DNA of 64,000 nucleotides from an uncultured virus (IMG/VR IMGVR_UViG_3300020048_000034) (taxonomy: Duplodnaviria; Heunggongvirae; Uroviricota; Caudoviricetes): IMG/VR virus record IMGVR_UViG_3300020048_000034. One strand, 5' to 3'. The notes beneath the pieces were generated by a model that was not told the origin of the DNA, ran no database searches, and saw only the letters and a program-made list of their open reading frames with translations. A program made the position numbers and the translations under genes. Below, one piece after another: positions 1-10,885 of the stretch (its first letter is position 1; each line of letters begins with the position of its first letter).

Positions 1-506
1 TTTGAGAAGACTTTTGATAGAATTGTAGATTGTCAAAGACAACTCCAACTAGCTAACGATGAATTAAAGAAAGCTAAAACTAAGCTAGATAAAAGTAAGT
101 GGTATAAGATAAAACTTTCTAGACTTAGATCTTTAAGACTAGCTTGGAAGAGATACAATTTTCTTAAATCTAACTTCTTACATCAAGAAGCTAGATACCT
201 GAGGATTTTAAACCCAAGAAACTCTCTGAGAAAGCTTTTACAAAGAAGAAATCTCTAAGAAAGAGATTGCGTCAAGCTTCCTGCACTAGTTTCAAAAATG
301 TACTCTTCTCAAAAGCTTTAATCAATGGTAACATTCCAGTTCTAGTTCCTCCTGAGAATACCACTAAAACTTGCAGTGGTTGTGGAAGTCTTAAGATGAT
401 GAAACTAGAAGATAGAATCTATGAGTGTAAAAAGTGTAAGCTAGTACTAGACAGGGATTACAATGCTGCAATTAACATAGAAAAGCTAGGACTATTAGCT
501 GCATAA
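1..506 (+). pseudogene. tnpB: TnpB (IS200/IS605 RNA-guided nuclease), 5' truncated by window and frameshifted near 199
   Basis: Frame 1 reads ...NFLHQEARY. Frame 3 continues EDFKPKKL...RQAS...PENTTKTCSGCG...YECKKC...DRDYNAAINI (RuvC-II E, Zn finger, RuvC-III). The usual segment between HQ..RY and ED is missing. Confidence 0.85.
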
Positions 507-698
507 ACCTTAAATCAGTGAGCTAGGAAGTAGCACTTAACTCCTAGGTTGAAAGATCTAGGGAACTTTCACAGTTTCAACTGGAAACTAGCATGTTTTT
601 AGTGTTTTAAAGTTGAATCTAGTCGAGTTAGGACCTTAACTTTGCTAGCTCCTAGTAATAGGAGAGAAGCCACCGGGCTTGCCCGGTGGTAAGGTCAC
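507..698 (+). ncRNA. TnpB omegaRNA scaffold / IS605 right end; guide would start at 699
   Basis: Non-coding stretch after tnpB ending in hairpin CCACCGGGC-TT-GCCCGGTGG followed by TAAGGTCAC (TCAC-type right end). Confidence 0.75.
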
Positions 699-1805
699 TT
701 GAAGTTTATTGTTGAAAAGTTTTCCATACCCCTACCTCCAACTCTGGCGCCAGCCCTCATCCGCCGAGTAACTAACCAAGTTTGATATAATTTAGGGGTT
801 CTAAGAAGTTAAACACTAAAAGTGTTCATCTTTTTTGTTGGTTTGTCAAACAAGATGAGGGATTTTTAAAAGAAAGGTAAAAATTATGAAAGAAAAAGAG
901 AACGAAGATACAACAAGCTTCTACATTATTACTATTATGTTTAAATATTATAGTGTAGTTTTTTCAAATGTTGAAAAGTTAGAAGTAGCAAGAATAGAGA
1001 AATGGTTTTTTGGAGAAGAGAGAAATTATAGAATAGAGTATTCGAAAGGTTTTACACTTTTAGATAGAAATAATATTGAATACATTGATATTAAAGGAAT
1101 GGATACATGACAGTAGAATCTAAAGAACTATTAGCTAAATTAGTAAAATTAATTAGTCCTATGGATATACCTGTTTTTCGTAGAGAGAGTATTTACTGGC
1201 TATCTAAAAATTTACATGTCCGTAACTCCAATCATAAAAATTATGAACAAGCAATTAATATTATTCAACAACTTTTAAAGATGGGGGTGCGGTAAAAACA
1301 TTTGGAGCTCATCTATATGGAATGTCCCTGCAAAGAATGTGAAAATCTAACAAAAACAAAATATATTTGCAGTAAAAAATGCGAAAAATTAAAAGAATTT
1401 CAAAGTTTTTTAGATAAAAGAAGGACCAATTATAATTTAAAGTACTATACTAATGAGGAATACTCTGTGTGTTTTAGTAGAAAAACTATGTATTTTCTTT
1501 AATTCTCTATCAAACTAAAGAGGAAATTATGGTATCTTTTGATAAGATTCTTGAATGGCAAAAAAGAATCAAAGCTAAAAGAATGGATACAAAAAGGTTA
1601 TTTATAATTGCTAGAGTTCTATATGGGAAGCAAGAAAAAGTTTCTCTAGTTCGTGGTGAAAAAGGAAACATGAAAAAAGCTGTTGTAGCGCATGAATATT
1701 CTATAAATGATTTTGATACTGATATAGAGAATTTTATATCAAACTCCGAAGCAGTTACTTGCCCAAAACATATTATTACTTCCTTGCAGTTGATGGAGGC
1801 TTTAA

Positions 1806-2282
1806 ATGGATAGTACTAACACCATCGAGAATGAATATTCAACTGTTACAGTTAATGATACATTTACTGTATCAAAAACTTTTTCATTTGATTACAGTCA
1901 TAGACTTCATCTATTACCTAAAACTCACAAATGTTCTAATTTACATGGACATACTGGATCAGTAACTTTTACTATTTCTAGTTACTCTTTAAATGAAGTA
2001 GGATTTGTAAAGGATTTTAATGAGTTTTCATTTATTAAAAAATGGATAGACAATAACTTTGATCATACAATTATTGTATCTAGTACAGATGAAGAATTAT
2101 TAAAAATAGTAAAAGATTTAAGACATTTTGTTTTTCCTGAAATACAAACTACGTCAGAGTTGTTAGCTAGATATTTAGCTAATATTTTTATGAGTAAGTT
2201 AAATATTGATTTTAATATGATTCAAGTTGATTTTTCAGAAACTCCAACTTCAGTTGCAACATTCACTAGGTGTTTAAGTTAA
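1806..2282 (+). CDS. queD: 6-carboxy-5,6,7,8-tetrahydropterin synthase (QueD/PTPS)
   Basis: FDYSHRL, CSNLHGHT, DF, FDH, TSELLA and ETPTS motifs. Confidence 0.9.
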   Translation: MDSTNTIENEYSTVTVNDTFTVSKTFSFDYSHRLHLLPKTHKCSNLHGHTGSVTFTISSYSLNEVGFVKDFNEFSFIKKWIDNNFDHTIIVSSTDEELLKIVKDLRHFVFPEIQTTSELLARYLANIFMSKLNIDFNMIQVDFSETPTSVATFTRCLS

Positions 2283-2631
2283 AAAATTAAAGGAGATAGA
2301 AAGATGCAAGTACCAATGTATCATCCACATGCAGAAAATAAGAAAGATAGAAAAGACAATTTAATTGATTTTTGTGTTTCAACAATTAATGGGTGTAAAT
2401 CTTTTGAACAACTTCAAACAGCTAAGAACTATTGTAATCTAGTTATTGAAAAAATATATGTAATGCCTAAAAAAGCTAAGAAAGTAGAAGAGTTTATTAT
2501 TGTAGAAGGTAGAAGAGAATCTATTTTCGATTACTTTAGGGAAAGATTGTTAGATAAGGCAAAAGAATTAACACCCTATTTGTCACAGCTTCCACAGGAA
2601 GAATTAAATAAGATATTATGGATGTAAACTT

Positions 2632-2802
2632 ATGACTCATACTGATAAAAGAAGTTGCTCAGAGTGTATTTTTAATGAAGGTGAAGTATGTGAACTATCT
2701 GGGGATATTGCTAACAAAAGAAAATGTTCCCCAGAGTTAAGATTTCCAAAAGCATTAAAACAGTGGATTAAAGAGAATCCAGAAGCAGGAATTTCTAACT
2801 AA
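2632..2802 (+). CDS. Small Cys-rich hypothetical protein (56 aa), absent from ORF track
   Basis: ATG..TAA frame MTHTDKRSCSECIF...C...C fills the gap between neighbours. Confidence 0.6.
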   Translation: MTHTDKRSCSECIFNEGEVCELSGDIANKRKCSPELRFPKALKQWIKENPEAGISN

Positions 2803-2813
2803 AAGGTAAAAAT

Positions 2814-3341
2814 ATGGGAAGAAAATTAGTAGGAAATTCTGGTAATGATAGAATATATACCCTGGATAGCCTAGCTGAAAGTATTGTAAAATACTTAAAC
2901 CCTGTAGGAAAGTGTTTTGATCCTTGTGCTGGAAAAAATGCTTTTGTTAAAGCATTTAAACTAAATGGTAACAAAACTAAATGGTGTGAGATAGATAAAG
3001 ATAAGGATTTCTTTGATTGCAGTTATACTTCTTCAGAATGGATAATCACTAATCCTCCATTCTCTATGATTAAAAAATTTCTTGTTCACTCAATGAATTT
3101 AGAAGTACCTAATATAGCATTTTTATGTACGATAAATGCTTTTTGGATGAATGGAAAGTTAGATTTAATACATAGAAAAGGGTATGCCATAAAAGAAATT
3201 ATTATAGTAGAATCCCCATATTTTAGAAAGTTGAATAATTGGCCTCAAAGTGGTTTTTCACTAGGTGTCACAGTTATGAGAAAGAAAAAATATAGGTATC
3301 CAATTAAAAAAGAATTAAAAATAACCTACTTAGATTGGTGA
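2814..3341 (+). CDS. Amino (N6-adenine) DNA methyltransferase, small phage type
   Basis: DPCAGKNAF (motif I), EID, ITNPPFS (motif IV). Confidence 0.8.
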   Translation: MGRKLVGNSGNDRIYTLDSLAESIVKYLNPVGKCFDPCAGKNAFVKAFKLNGNKTKWCEIDKDKDFFDCSYTSSEWIITNPPFSMIKKFLVHSMNLEVPNIAFLCTINAFWMNGKLDLIHRKGYAIKEIIIVESPYFRKLNNWPQSGFSLGVTVMRKKKYRYPIKKELKITYLDW

Positions 3342-3344
3342 ATT

Positions 3345-4091
3345 ATGATATTACACGGAAATTGTCTAGACAGAATGGATGAACTTGATAAAAGAACAGT
3401 TCATCTATGTATTACCTCTCCTCCTTATAATGTTGATTTGGGGAACAATAAATTTAACAAGGATGCGTATGATATTTATGATGATGCATTATCTCATAAA
3501 AAATACATACAATTTCTTTCTGATGTGTTTGAAAAAGTCTATAGACTTCTGACTAAGGATGGGAGACTATGTATAAACATAGGTGATGGTAAAAATGGAC
3601 AAGTTCCTACAATTCATGATCTCAGAGTTGCTTTGTTTGAAATTGGGTACAAACCACTTGGTCATATAATTTGGAATAAAAAACACACTGGAAATAGGAC
3701 AGCTTGGGGAAGTTTTATGTCTCCCAGTTGTCCTAGCTTTCCTACACCATTTGAGCATATTCTTCTATTTTACAAGAAAGAAAAGAAACTTCAAAGAGAA
3801 GGAGAAACAGATTTAAAAAAGGAAGAATTTATTGAATGGGCTACCAGTATGTGGGAGTTCAAACCCGAAACTAACAAAATGCATCCAGCAGCTTTTCCAA
3901 TTGAGTTACCTTATAGACTTATTAAAATGCTTTCATACATAGGCGATAAAGTACTGGATCCTTTCTCTGGAAGTGGAACAACACTAGTTGCAGCTAAAAG
4001 ATTAAAAAGAAAGTACTGTGGTATTGAATTATCTAGCGACTACATCAAACTTGCTAAGAGAAGATTAAAAACAGAACTTTCTTTGTTTTAG
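3345..4091 (+). CDS. Beta-class N4-C/N6-A DNA methyltransferase
   Basis: TSPPY at the N-terminus; HPAAFP and LDPFSGSGTT at the C-terminus. Confidence 0.92.
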   Translation: MILHGNCLDRMDELDKRTVHLCITSPPYNVDLGNNKFNKDAYDIYDDALSHKKYIQFLSDVFEKVYRLLTKDGRLCINIGDGKNGQVPTIHDLRVALFEIGYKPLGHIIWNKKHTGNRTAWGSFMSPSCPSFPTPFEHILLFYKKEKKLQREGETDLKKEEFIEWATSMWEFKPETNKMHPAAFPIELPYRLIKMLSYIGDKVLDPFSGSGTTLVAAKRLKRKYCGIELSSDYIKLAKRRLKTELSLF

Positions 4092-4540
4092 AATAGGGGA
4101 TATCCAATGAGAGAGAAAGACTTTAAAAGAATTTTAAGAAAGAAAAATGATTTCATAGACCATTTAATAGAAAAAATTAAAACTATGGAAGAAGAAATAG
4201 AAAATAAAAATTATCTTTTAAGTATAAGAGATAATTATTATGATAAAATGATTCAAAGATATTATAGAAATATTACTTCTTTTTTAGATAAAATGTTTTG
4301 TTTTGGAATTTCAATTTCAATTATAATATGTATTATTATTCTCATACATCATTTTAATGTTCTAAATCATCTTAAATAAGGAGTAAACTATGTGGATTAA
4401 TTATATTTGAAGAAATACTTCTGTACCAAAAGGTACTTTTGGGGGATCAATATGTATGTGTGAGAAGTGTGTTGAGAAAAGAAAACCTATTCCCGAAAAA
4501 TCAGCTATTGAAATTATGATGGATGCAATGGAAAAGAAAG

Positions 4541-4750
4541 ATGATACAAAAAATGATTACTAAAATGGACGGTTGGAAAACAATAATTGGGGGATTACTA
4601 TTTATAATGCTAGCTATATTAGCTTTACTTAGTTGCCTTCTTCCAGAAGTACAAATGACAATGGTTGAGAAAGCACTAGACTTCTTTGCACTAGGGTTTG
4701 CTACACTAGGAATAGGTAGTAAACTCCAGAAAGTAATTGACAAGGAGTAA
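4541..4750 (+). CDS. Small two-TM membrane protein (holin-like)
   Basis: GWKT followed by two hydrophobic segments and a basic C-terminus. Confidence 0.4.
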   Translation: MIQKMITKMDGWKTIIGGLLFIMLAILALLSCLLPEVQMTMVEKALDFFALGFATLGIGSKLQKVIDKE

Positions 4751-5855
4751 TAGTGGATTCTTTGGAAGAAAAATATTTATCTTTAGAAATTAAAAATGAT
4801 TTGTTTAATAAAAAATTATTCGAACTTTTTCATTTAGAAAATGAAATTATCAATGAAGAATTTCAGTTAAACAAAGAAGATACAATAGAAAAATATAATT
4901 TTATAAAAGGCCAAAAACACTGTATTTCTACTGTTTTAGGTATTTTGCAAAAATAGGATAAAAAATGGAATCAATACATGTAGGCAAAGTCAAACTAGAA
5001 TTTAAATTAGAAAACAATATAGATCATTATTCTTTAAATTCCTACATTCCTTTAATAGATGGGATGTATGTTGGAGAAGAAGGATGGTTTGTTGTTGCAA
5101 ATAATATTGTAGTACTAGAAGGAAAGAATGTTTTTAACAAATGGGGAAAAAGTGTTTCATTAAATTCTATTCTTAATGCTTCATTTTTTATTACAAGGGA
5201 GAAAGAGCATGACTTATAAAGTTTTAAAAAATAAATATAATTATTACAAAATTTTAAAAATGGTAGATTTTAAACTTTTTAAAGTATGGTTGCCTTATAA
5301 TGGTTTTAATCATATATGGCTAGATTTAATTGCTAGTAGAAAATTATTTAAATCAATAGAAGATGTCACTATTGAATTACAATGTATTAAAAAGTCTGAA
5401 GAAATACAAAATCAGAAAGATGATTCTAGCTATGAATTAGTCCCAATTACTTTATAAAAAACAATTTAAAGGAGAAAATCATGGTAGAAAGAGAGCAGGA
5501 GACAGTGTTAAAGACAGTTTTTAAAGAAGAAAGTACAGTCACTACTGAAGAACCACCTGTTAAATCAGAAGGCATTGAATCAGAAGGTATTGAATCAGAA
5601 AGTGTTGAGGCTGTTGATTCAGAAGATACGGAAGTAGAAGAAGAGGAAGTAAATGAATACACATTAGGTAAATTTATTTTAGAACATAAAAGCTTATTTT
5701 TACCTTTTTCTGAAAAAGAGGGTTACATGGAACATATTTTAAAAAGAATGTGTAAACAAGGTTTCATTCAAAGAAAAAAAGCTGTTGATGGTACATTTTA
5801 TGTTCCAACTGGTAAATTATATCTTTGCTTTCCTCCAAAATAGAAAGGAATTCTT

Positions 5856-6134
5856 ATGTTCACAGTTACACAGGAGGCAGATACTATTTATAAAGTAGAT
5901 ATGGAAATACCTTTAAATAAAACAGAGGAAGAAATACTAGATTTAGCTAAGTATGAATGGCCTAAGTTTAACAAGTTACTTTTTCAGAAACATGTTAAAC
6001 TAGCTAGTAATATCCCGCCTTACATTATTCTTTATATGGCTCATTCAATTACGCATACAACTGCCACAATTTCTTTACTAGTAGGGGATAGATACATTAA
6101 ATGTATTGAACATTTAGATATGTATCCAGATTAA
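5856..6134 (+). CDS. Divergent Csx3/Crn3-like protein (cA4 ring-nuclease fold)
   Basis: 92 aa. Pattern KV...P....I...A ... K.VKL ... AH.I.H ... YI..I.H...Y parallels Csx3 over its whole length; the DPK motif is absent. Confidence 0.55.
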   Translation: MFTVTQEADTIYKVDMEIPLNKTEEEILDLAKYEWPKFNKLLFQKHVKLASNIPPYIILYMAHSITHTTATISLLVGDRYIKCIEHLDMYPD

Positions 6135-6499
6135 AAATTGGAGAAAACAATGGAAACAATGGAATTAAGTTCAGAAGGATATTTGTTATTAAGTAGGCGT
6201 GGTTATTTAAAAAGACAACTTTGTCCTTATTCTCAGAACCCAGAAGATTGTGGTGATTGGTGTCCTTTGTTTATTGAACCAACTGATCATTCTTCTGATG
6301 AAAAAATAAAAACTATTAGAATTTGTAATTCTAGAATTCTTATTGGTGAATTGACAGACAGAAGACCTTTCAAACTAACTGTAAAAGTCGATGATGTACC
6401 AGCAGGAGTTAAGGATGGAATATGAACATAAAGGGGAACTAGAACATCAAACTGTAAAAATTGATAGCTTAGAGTTGAGATATGACCATAAAGGTATCT

Positions 6500-6797
6500 G
6501 TGAACTACGCCGGGCTAAAGCACCGGCGTTTCCCTAATGGGCAATAGTTCACCAGACTTAGACTAGAGAAATCTAAACTACGTTGAAGAAGTTACCACAC
6601 CTAGGGATGCCGCCTCAGTTCCTAGCTCTGTGTAGGCTCTGTAAGAAGGGAGCACACCCGGTCAACCTAGATTCGGTGTCCCAAGGACACAAGCTACTTC
6701 AACATTGTCGAGAGGAAGTTGGAAAACATCACTGGTAAAAGGTAGTGAATACACGTTACATCGAAAGATGGCTTATAGCAAACTTTAAAGGTAATTT
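6500..6797 (+). ncRNA. IscB omegaRNA (HEARO-like) scaffold; guide is the ~6480-6499 flank
   Basis: ~300 nt GC-richer leader with CTACGTT, GGATGC..CTCAG.TCC..GCTCT and AACATTGTCGAGAGG motifs; highly similar to 10848-11152. Confidence 0.88.
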
Positions 6798-8087
6798 ATG
6801 GTATATGTATTAAATAAAGATGGGAAACCACTCATGCCTAGCATTAGACATGGTAAAATCAGAAGAATGTTGAAAGAGAAGAAAGCTGTAGTAGTTAAAA
6901 CTACTCCTTTCACAGTTAAACTCTTATACACTCCTAAGACAAATGTAATACAGAATCTAGTTCTAGGAATAGACCCTGGAAGTAGAACTCTGTCAACTGT
7001 AGTTAGAGTTGAGAAAACTCCTAAACTAGTCTATGTTTCTGAAGTTAAAGTTAGAACTGATATTACTAGTAAGTTGAAAAAGAGAAGTTCCTACAGAAAA
7101 ACTAGGAGAAATCGTAAAACTAGATACAGAGAATCACGTTTCTTAAACAGGAAAAGGAAAGAGAAATGGCTACCACCTAGTGTTGTTTCTAAACTTAATT
7201 CTCACAAGAAAGAGATAAAGTTTATCTTTAACATCTTACCTGTCTCTAGAGTAATCCTAGAGAGAAATACTTTTGATACTCATAAGTTAAAGAATCCTAG
7301 TATCAGTGGTAAAGGATACAAACATGGTACACTCTACTCTTATGAGAATCACAGACAGTACGTTTTAACTAGAGATAAGTACTGCTGTAGAAGTTGTAAA
7401 AAGAAGAATGTAGTTCTCAACACTCATCACATTACGTTTAAAAGTAAAGGAGGAAAAGATCACTACTCTAACCTAGTTACCCTTTGTGAAACATGCCACA
7501 AGAAAGTTCACAGTGGAAAGTTAAAACTACATAAGAAACTTCTAGCTAGTCTAGGAACAAGTGTAAACACATTAGATGCTACTCACGCTACAATCATTTC
7601 TAAGAGACTAGAAGAATTTCTCTTAAAACACAAAGACAGAAGAAATTATAAATTTTTAACTACTTTTGGGTATGAGACAGTAGTAAAAAGAAGAATTCTA
7701 AAGTTAAAGAAAACTCACTACAATGATGCAATTTCTATATCCTATCCTATTAAAACCTCTTACTCTAAGACTAGAGCAGAATTTATGTTTAGAAAGATAT
7801 CGGTGAGTAAAGGAGACTACCAGCAGACTAAAGGTGTAAGAAGTCAGGTAAAGATACCTACTTGCAAGATTCATGGGTTTAGGAAGTTTGACATTGTACA
7901 GTATCTTGGAAAGTATTACATTATTAAAGGTAGAATGAGTTCTGGTTACGCAATTCTTATGAATTCTAAGTTAAAACCAGTAAATTTTGGAACTAATGGT
8001 AAGAGTAAACCTACTGTGAACTTTAAACTTTTGAAAAGAATTAGTTCTAGAAGAAGTACTCTTATAATAGAAGTTAGAAAACACTAG
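6798..8087 (+). CDS. iscB: IscB RNA-guided endonuclease
   Basis: PLMP N-terminus, RuvC-I GIDPGS, Arg-rich bridge helix, RuvC-II E, HNH (HH...GG...NLVTLCETCH), RuvC-III HYNDA. Confidence 0.95.
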   Translation: MVYVLNKDGKPLMPSIRHGKIRRMLKEKKAVVVKTTPFTVKLLYTPKTNVIQNLVLGIDPGSRTLSTVVRVEKTPKLVYVSEVKVRTDITSKLKKRSSYRKTRRNRKTRYRESRFLNRKRKEKWLPPSVVSKLNSHKKEIKFIFNILPVSRVILERNTFDTHKLKNPSISGKGYKHGTLYSYENHRQYVLTRDKYCCRSCKKKNVVLNTHHITFKSKGGKDHYSNLVTLCETCHKKVHSGKLKLHKKLLASLGTSVNTLDATHATIISKRLEEFLLKHKDRRNYKFLTTFGYETVVKRRILKLKKTHYNDAISISYPIKTSYSKTRAEFMFRKISVSKGDYQQTKGVRSQVKIPTCKIHGFRKFDIVQYLGKYYIIKGRMSSGYAILMNSKLKPVNFGTNGKSKPTVNFKLLKRISSRRSTLIIEVRKH

Positions 8088-8273
8088 TTTGTGGCCTTAT
8101 ATAGCATGGCTAAAGCACCGGAGTTTTATGGCACTCTCTATAATTCTAAAACTAACATATATCTTACAGATGAAGAATTAATAAATCTTCTTTTAAATTT
8201 AAAGAAATAGACCATTCAAAAGCAAAACTATTTTAGAAATGGTTTTGCTTTTTTTGTTTGAAGGAATTTTAAA

Positions 8274-8651
8274 ATGAATATATATTTAGCTAGTGGGGCT
8301 AGCAATAGAATTTTAATAGAAGCAGTTAGATTATTAATAGAAAACACTTTTCCATTTAAGATAATTTCTTCATGGCATAGAACACCACCCATTGAAAATG
8401 TAACAGAAAGAGCGATAATAGATTTTAGAGAAATAGATATTGCAGATACAGTCATTGCTTTTTATCCCTATGGATTGAATGGAACAATTTGTGAACTAGC
8501 GTATAGTTTTTGTAAAAATAAGCACACACTTTACGTTAGGCCAGAAGATTCTCAAAGCGAAGATCCATTAATTATTGGATTATTTGATCCAAAGTTTGTA
8601 TTCCATAATATGAATGATTTAATGAACTATTTGCAAGGAATTTCAAAATGA
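8274..8651 (+). CDS. Nucleoside 2-deoxyribosyltransferase-like protein
   Basis: IYLAS, D..EI..AD.VIA, GT.CE..Y motifs. Confidence 0.75.
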   Translation: MNIYLASGASNRILIEAVRLLIENTFPFKIISSWHRTPPIENVTERAIIDFREIDIADTVIAFYPYGLNGTICELAYSFCKNKHTLYVRPEDSQSEDPLIIGLFDPKFVFHNMNDLMNYLQGISK

Positions 8652-10342
8652 GAATAGAATTAACTGCTAGAAATATTGTAAATCAAGAAGAAATATCTGA
8701 ATTTATAGAAACTTTCCTAGATTTCGAGGATCAACCGTTAGAAATTCATCAATGGTTGAATAGCCAACTCAGAGTCTATTTAAATAAAAAATATAAAAAT
8801 GTAAAGCCTGTGACAGAGTATAAAAAAAGCGATCCAGCGTGGCTAAAAGATTCAGTTGAAAATGGTACAGCATTAGCTGTAGATTTATCTCATGTAGATT
8901 TAATTAGACAAATTTTTCATATTATAGATTATTTTGAAGCTTTAGAAGATTCAGAATTAAAAAAGATTTTTAAAATTCCATTTGAGGTAGCAGTCACAAA
9001 ATCAGAAGAGTGGACTAAAGAGTTACAGAGAAAAGCACCTTTAGAAATTGATGAAGCAGGAGAAGCAGTAGTTAGAAAATATCAAAATGGAGTAACATGG
9101 AAAAGACTTTTAACACCAGAAGCACTAGAACTAGAAGGTGCAAAACATAGAATGGATCATTGTGTAGGCGGTCCAGTTTTTATTAAAAAACTTACTAAGA
9201 ATAAAGCTAAATTTTATTCTTTAAGGGATAAAAATGATAAACCGCAGTGTACTATAGAAATAGAAAGAAATTCTATTGAGCAGATGAAAGGTATTAATGA
9301 TAAAGAAGTAGCATTGGAGTTCATAGAGTATTGTTTTGATTTTATAGAAAAACCAATAGAGCATAAACATTTTTCCAATGTTAATGACTTAAAGTTAATT
9401 GACGGTAGAATAATAAATGGAAAAATTACAAATATTCACGAACTTAAAGAAAATTTAACTATAAATGGAAATTTAGGATTAGGTCATACGAGAATAACTA
9501 AATTACCTGCTAATTTAACTGTAAATGGTAATTTATATCTGTATGACACAAACATAAAATCATTACCAAAAAATTTAAAAGTAATAGAAAATTTAGATAT
9601 ATCTAGAACTAATATTTCTAAATTACCAGAGGATTTAATAGTTAAAGGTAGAATTTTATTAGATAAGACAGAAATTCATGAAATACCTAAAAATATTGAC
9701 ATTAATTCTTTTAACTTTTCTGAATCTAATGTCACATCTTTACCAGATGGATTTAAATGTGAAGGTGATCTTCGTCTAAATCATAGTAAATTTACTAAAT
9801 TACCAGAAAATTTATATGTAGGTGGGGATCTTACTTTATATGGAGCAAGATTAATATTAGAACTTCCAGAAAATTTAATTGTAAAAGGTAAATTAGATCT
9901 TTCTTCAACTAGAATTGAATTTTTACCAAAAAATTTAAAAATTGGTAAATCTTTAAACCTTTCAAATTCTAAAATAAAAAAGCTTCCTAATAATTTAACT
10001 GTAAATGGTAAATTAGATTTAAATCGTTGTTGGAATCTTAAAACGTTACCAAAAAATTTAATAGTAAATGGAGATTTAGATTTAATAACATCTGGAATTA
10101 AATCTATACCTTCGGATTTAAAACTTGGTAAACCAGTTAATTTAACTTCCTCAGATATAAATCGTTATCATGAATATATAGGTAAAAAGAGACCAAAAGA
10201 TTTCTTTAAAAACAGAGAAGAAGAAAATGCTTATGATAATGAGAATTATACAAATCATATTTTTATTCTAGAAGAACAAAATATAAAAATACCAGAACAT
10301 TTAAAAGACTATATAGTATATGCAAAAAAGATTTACTATTAA
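8648..10342 (+). CDS. PcfJ-like domain + LRR solenoid protein (paralog 1)
   Basis: ARNIVN N-domain, EG..MDHCV, YSLRD..P.CTIE, QMKG, then ~21-aa LP.NL.V.G.L.L repeats. Confidence 0.8.
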   Translation: MRIELTARNIVNQEEISEFIETFLDFEDQPLEIHQWLNSQLRVYLNKKYKNVKPVTEYKKSDPAWLKDSVENGTALAVDLSHVDLIRQIFHIIDYFEALEDSELKKIFKIPFEVAVTKSEEWTKELQRKAPLEIDEAGEAVVRKYQNGVTWKRLLTPEALELEGAKHRMDHCVGGPVFIKKLTKNKAKFYSLRDKNDKPQCTIEIERNSIEQMKGINDKEVALEFIEYCFDFIEKPIEHKHFSNVNDLKLIDGRIINGKITNIHELKENLTINGNLGLGHTRITKLPANLTVNGNLYLYDTNIKSLPKNLKVIENLDISRTNISKLPEDLIVKGRILLDKTEIHEIPKNIDINSFNFSESNVTSLPDGFKCEGDLRLNHSKFTKLPENLYVGGDLTLYGARLILELPENLIVKGKLDLSSTRIEFLPKNLKIGKSLNLSNSKIKKLPNNLTVNGKLDLNRCWNLKTLPKNLIVNGDLDLITSGIKSIPSDLKLGKPVNLTSSDINRYHEYIGKKRPKDFFKNREEENAYDNENYTNHIFILEEQNIKIPEHLKDYIVYAKKIYY

Positions 10343-10354
10343 AAGGAATTAAAT

Positions 10355-10885
10355 ATGGAATATCCATTTAGATATGATAAGCCAAATATAGGAGATACTT
10401 GTTGGTTTGTGACAGAAACTGGTCCAGTAAAGACTACTATTGTTGACAAACATGATAATTACTTTAATAAAAATAGAAATATATACAAAGAAGAATGTGA
10501 GAAACAAGAAGATTACTTAATTGACTACTGGATTGAGGATTATCCTTATCATGGACTAGTTTTTGGCACAGATTTGTTTGAAACCTATGAAGAAGCAATT
10601 AATGTGTTTAACTCTCAAAATGATATTCCTTTGAAGTTAAGATACAAAAAAGAAATAGTCTTTAATAGTAAGGATTTATATAGTAATCTTTCAGATTTTA
10701 TAAAATTACTTCAAGAGAAGTTGAAACTTGTACCAAAGAAATACAAAAATCAAGCAATAGTTAGTATTGAAAATTTTAATATTTATTATTATAGACCAGA
10801 AACAAAAGAAGAAGAAATAGAAAGAAAGAATTTTGAGGATTATAATAGTGAGCTACGTCGGGCTAAAGCACTGGCGCTTCTCTAA
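10355..10885 (+). CDS. Phage protein truncated by IscB element 2; last 12 aa come from the element; native tail at 12474-12541
   Basis: Element begins at 10848 inside the ORF. N-terminus YPFRY.KP is paralogous to 14086. Confidence 0.75.
   Translation: MEYPFRYDKPNIGDTCWFVTETGPVKTTIVDKHDNYFNKNRNIYKEECEKQEDYLIDYWIEDYPYHGLVFGTDLFETYEEAINVFNSQNDIPLKLRYKKEIVFNSKDLYSNLSDFIKLLQEKLKLVPKKYKNQAIVSIENFNIYYYRPETKEEEIERKNFEDYNSELRRAKALALL

Larger units (their letters stand above)
6500..8139 (+). mobile_element. IS200/IS605-family IscB element 1 (no tnpA)
   Basis: Starts GTGAACTAC + hairpin with GCTAAAGC loop; the same GGCTAAAGCACCGG hairpin lies at the far end; the empty site restores an ORF; 3' flank ATAAT. 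Confidence 0.9.
6415..8210 (+). pseudogene. 51-aa gene split by IscB element 1 (6415-6499 + 8140-8210)
   Basis: Joining GGTATCT to ATAATTCT gives MEYEHKGELE...DHKGIYNSKTNIYLTDEELINLLLNLKK*. Confidence 0.75.

Noticed and set aside
5563..5600. TCAGAAGG.ATTGAA tandem repeat
   Set aside because: In-frame SEGIE low-complexity linker.
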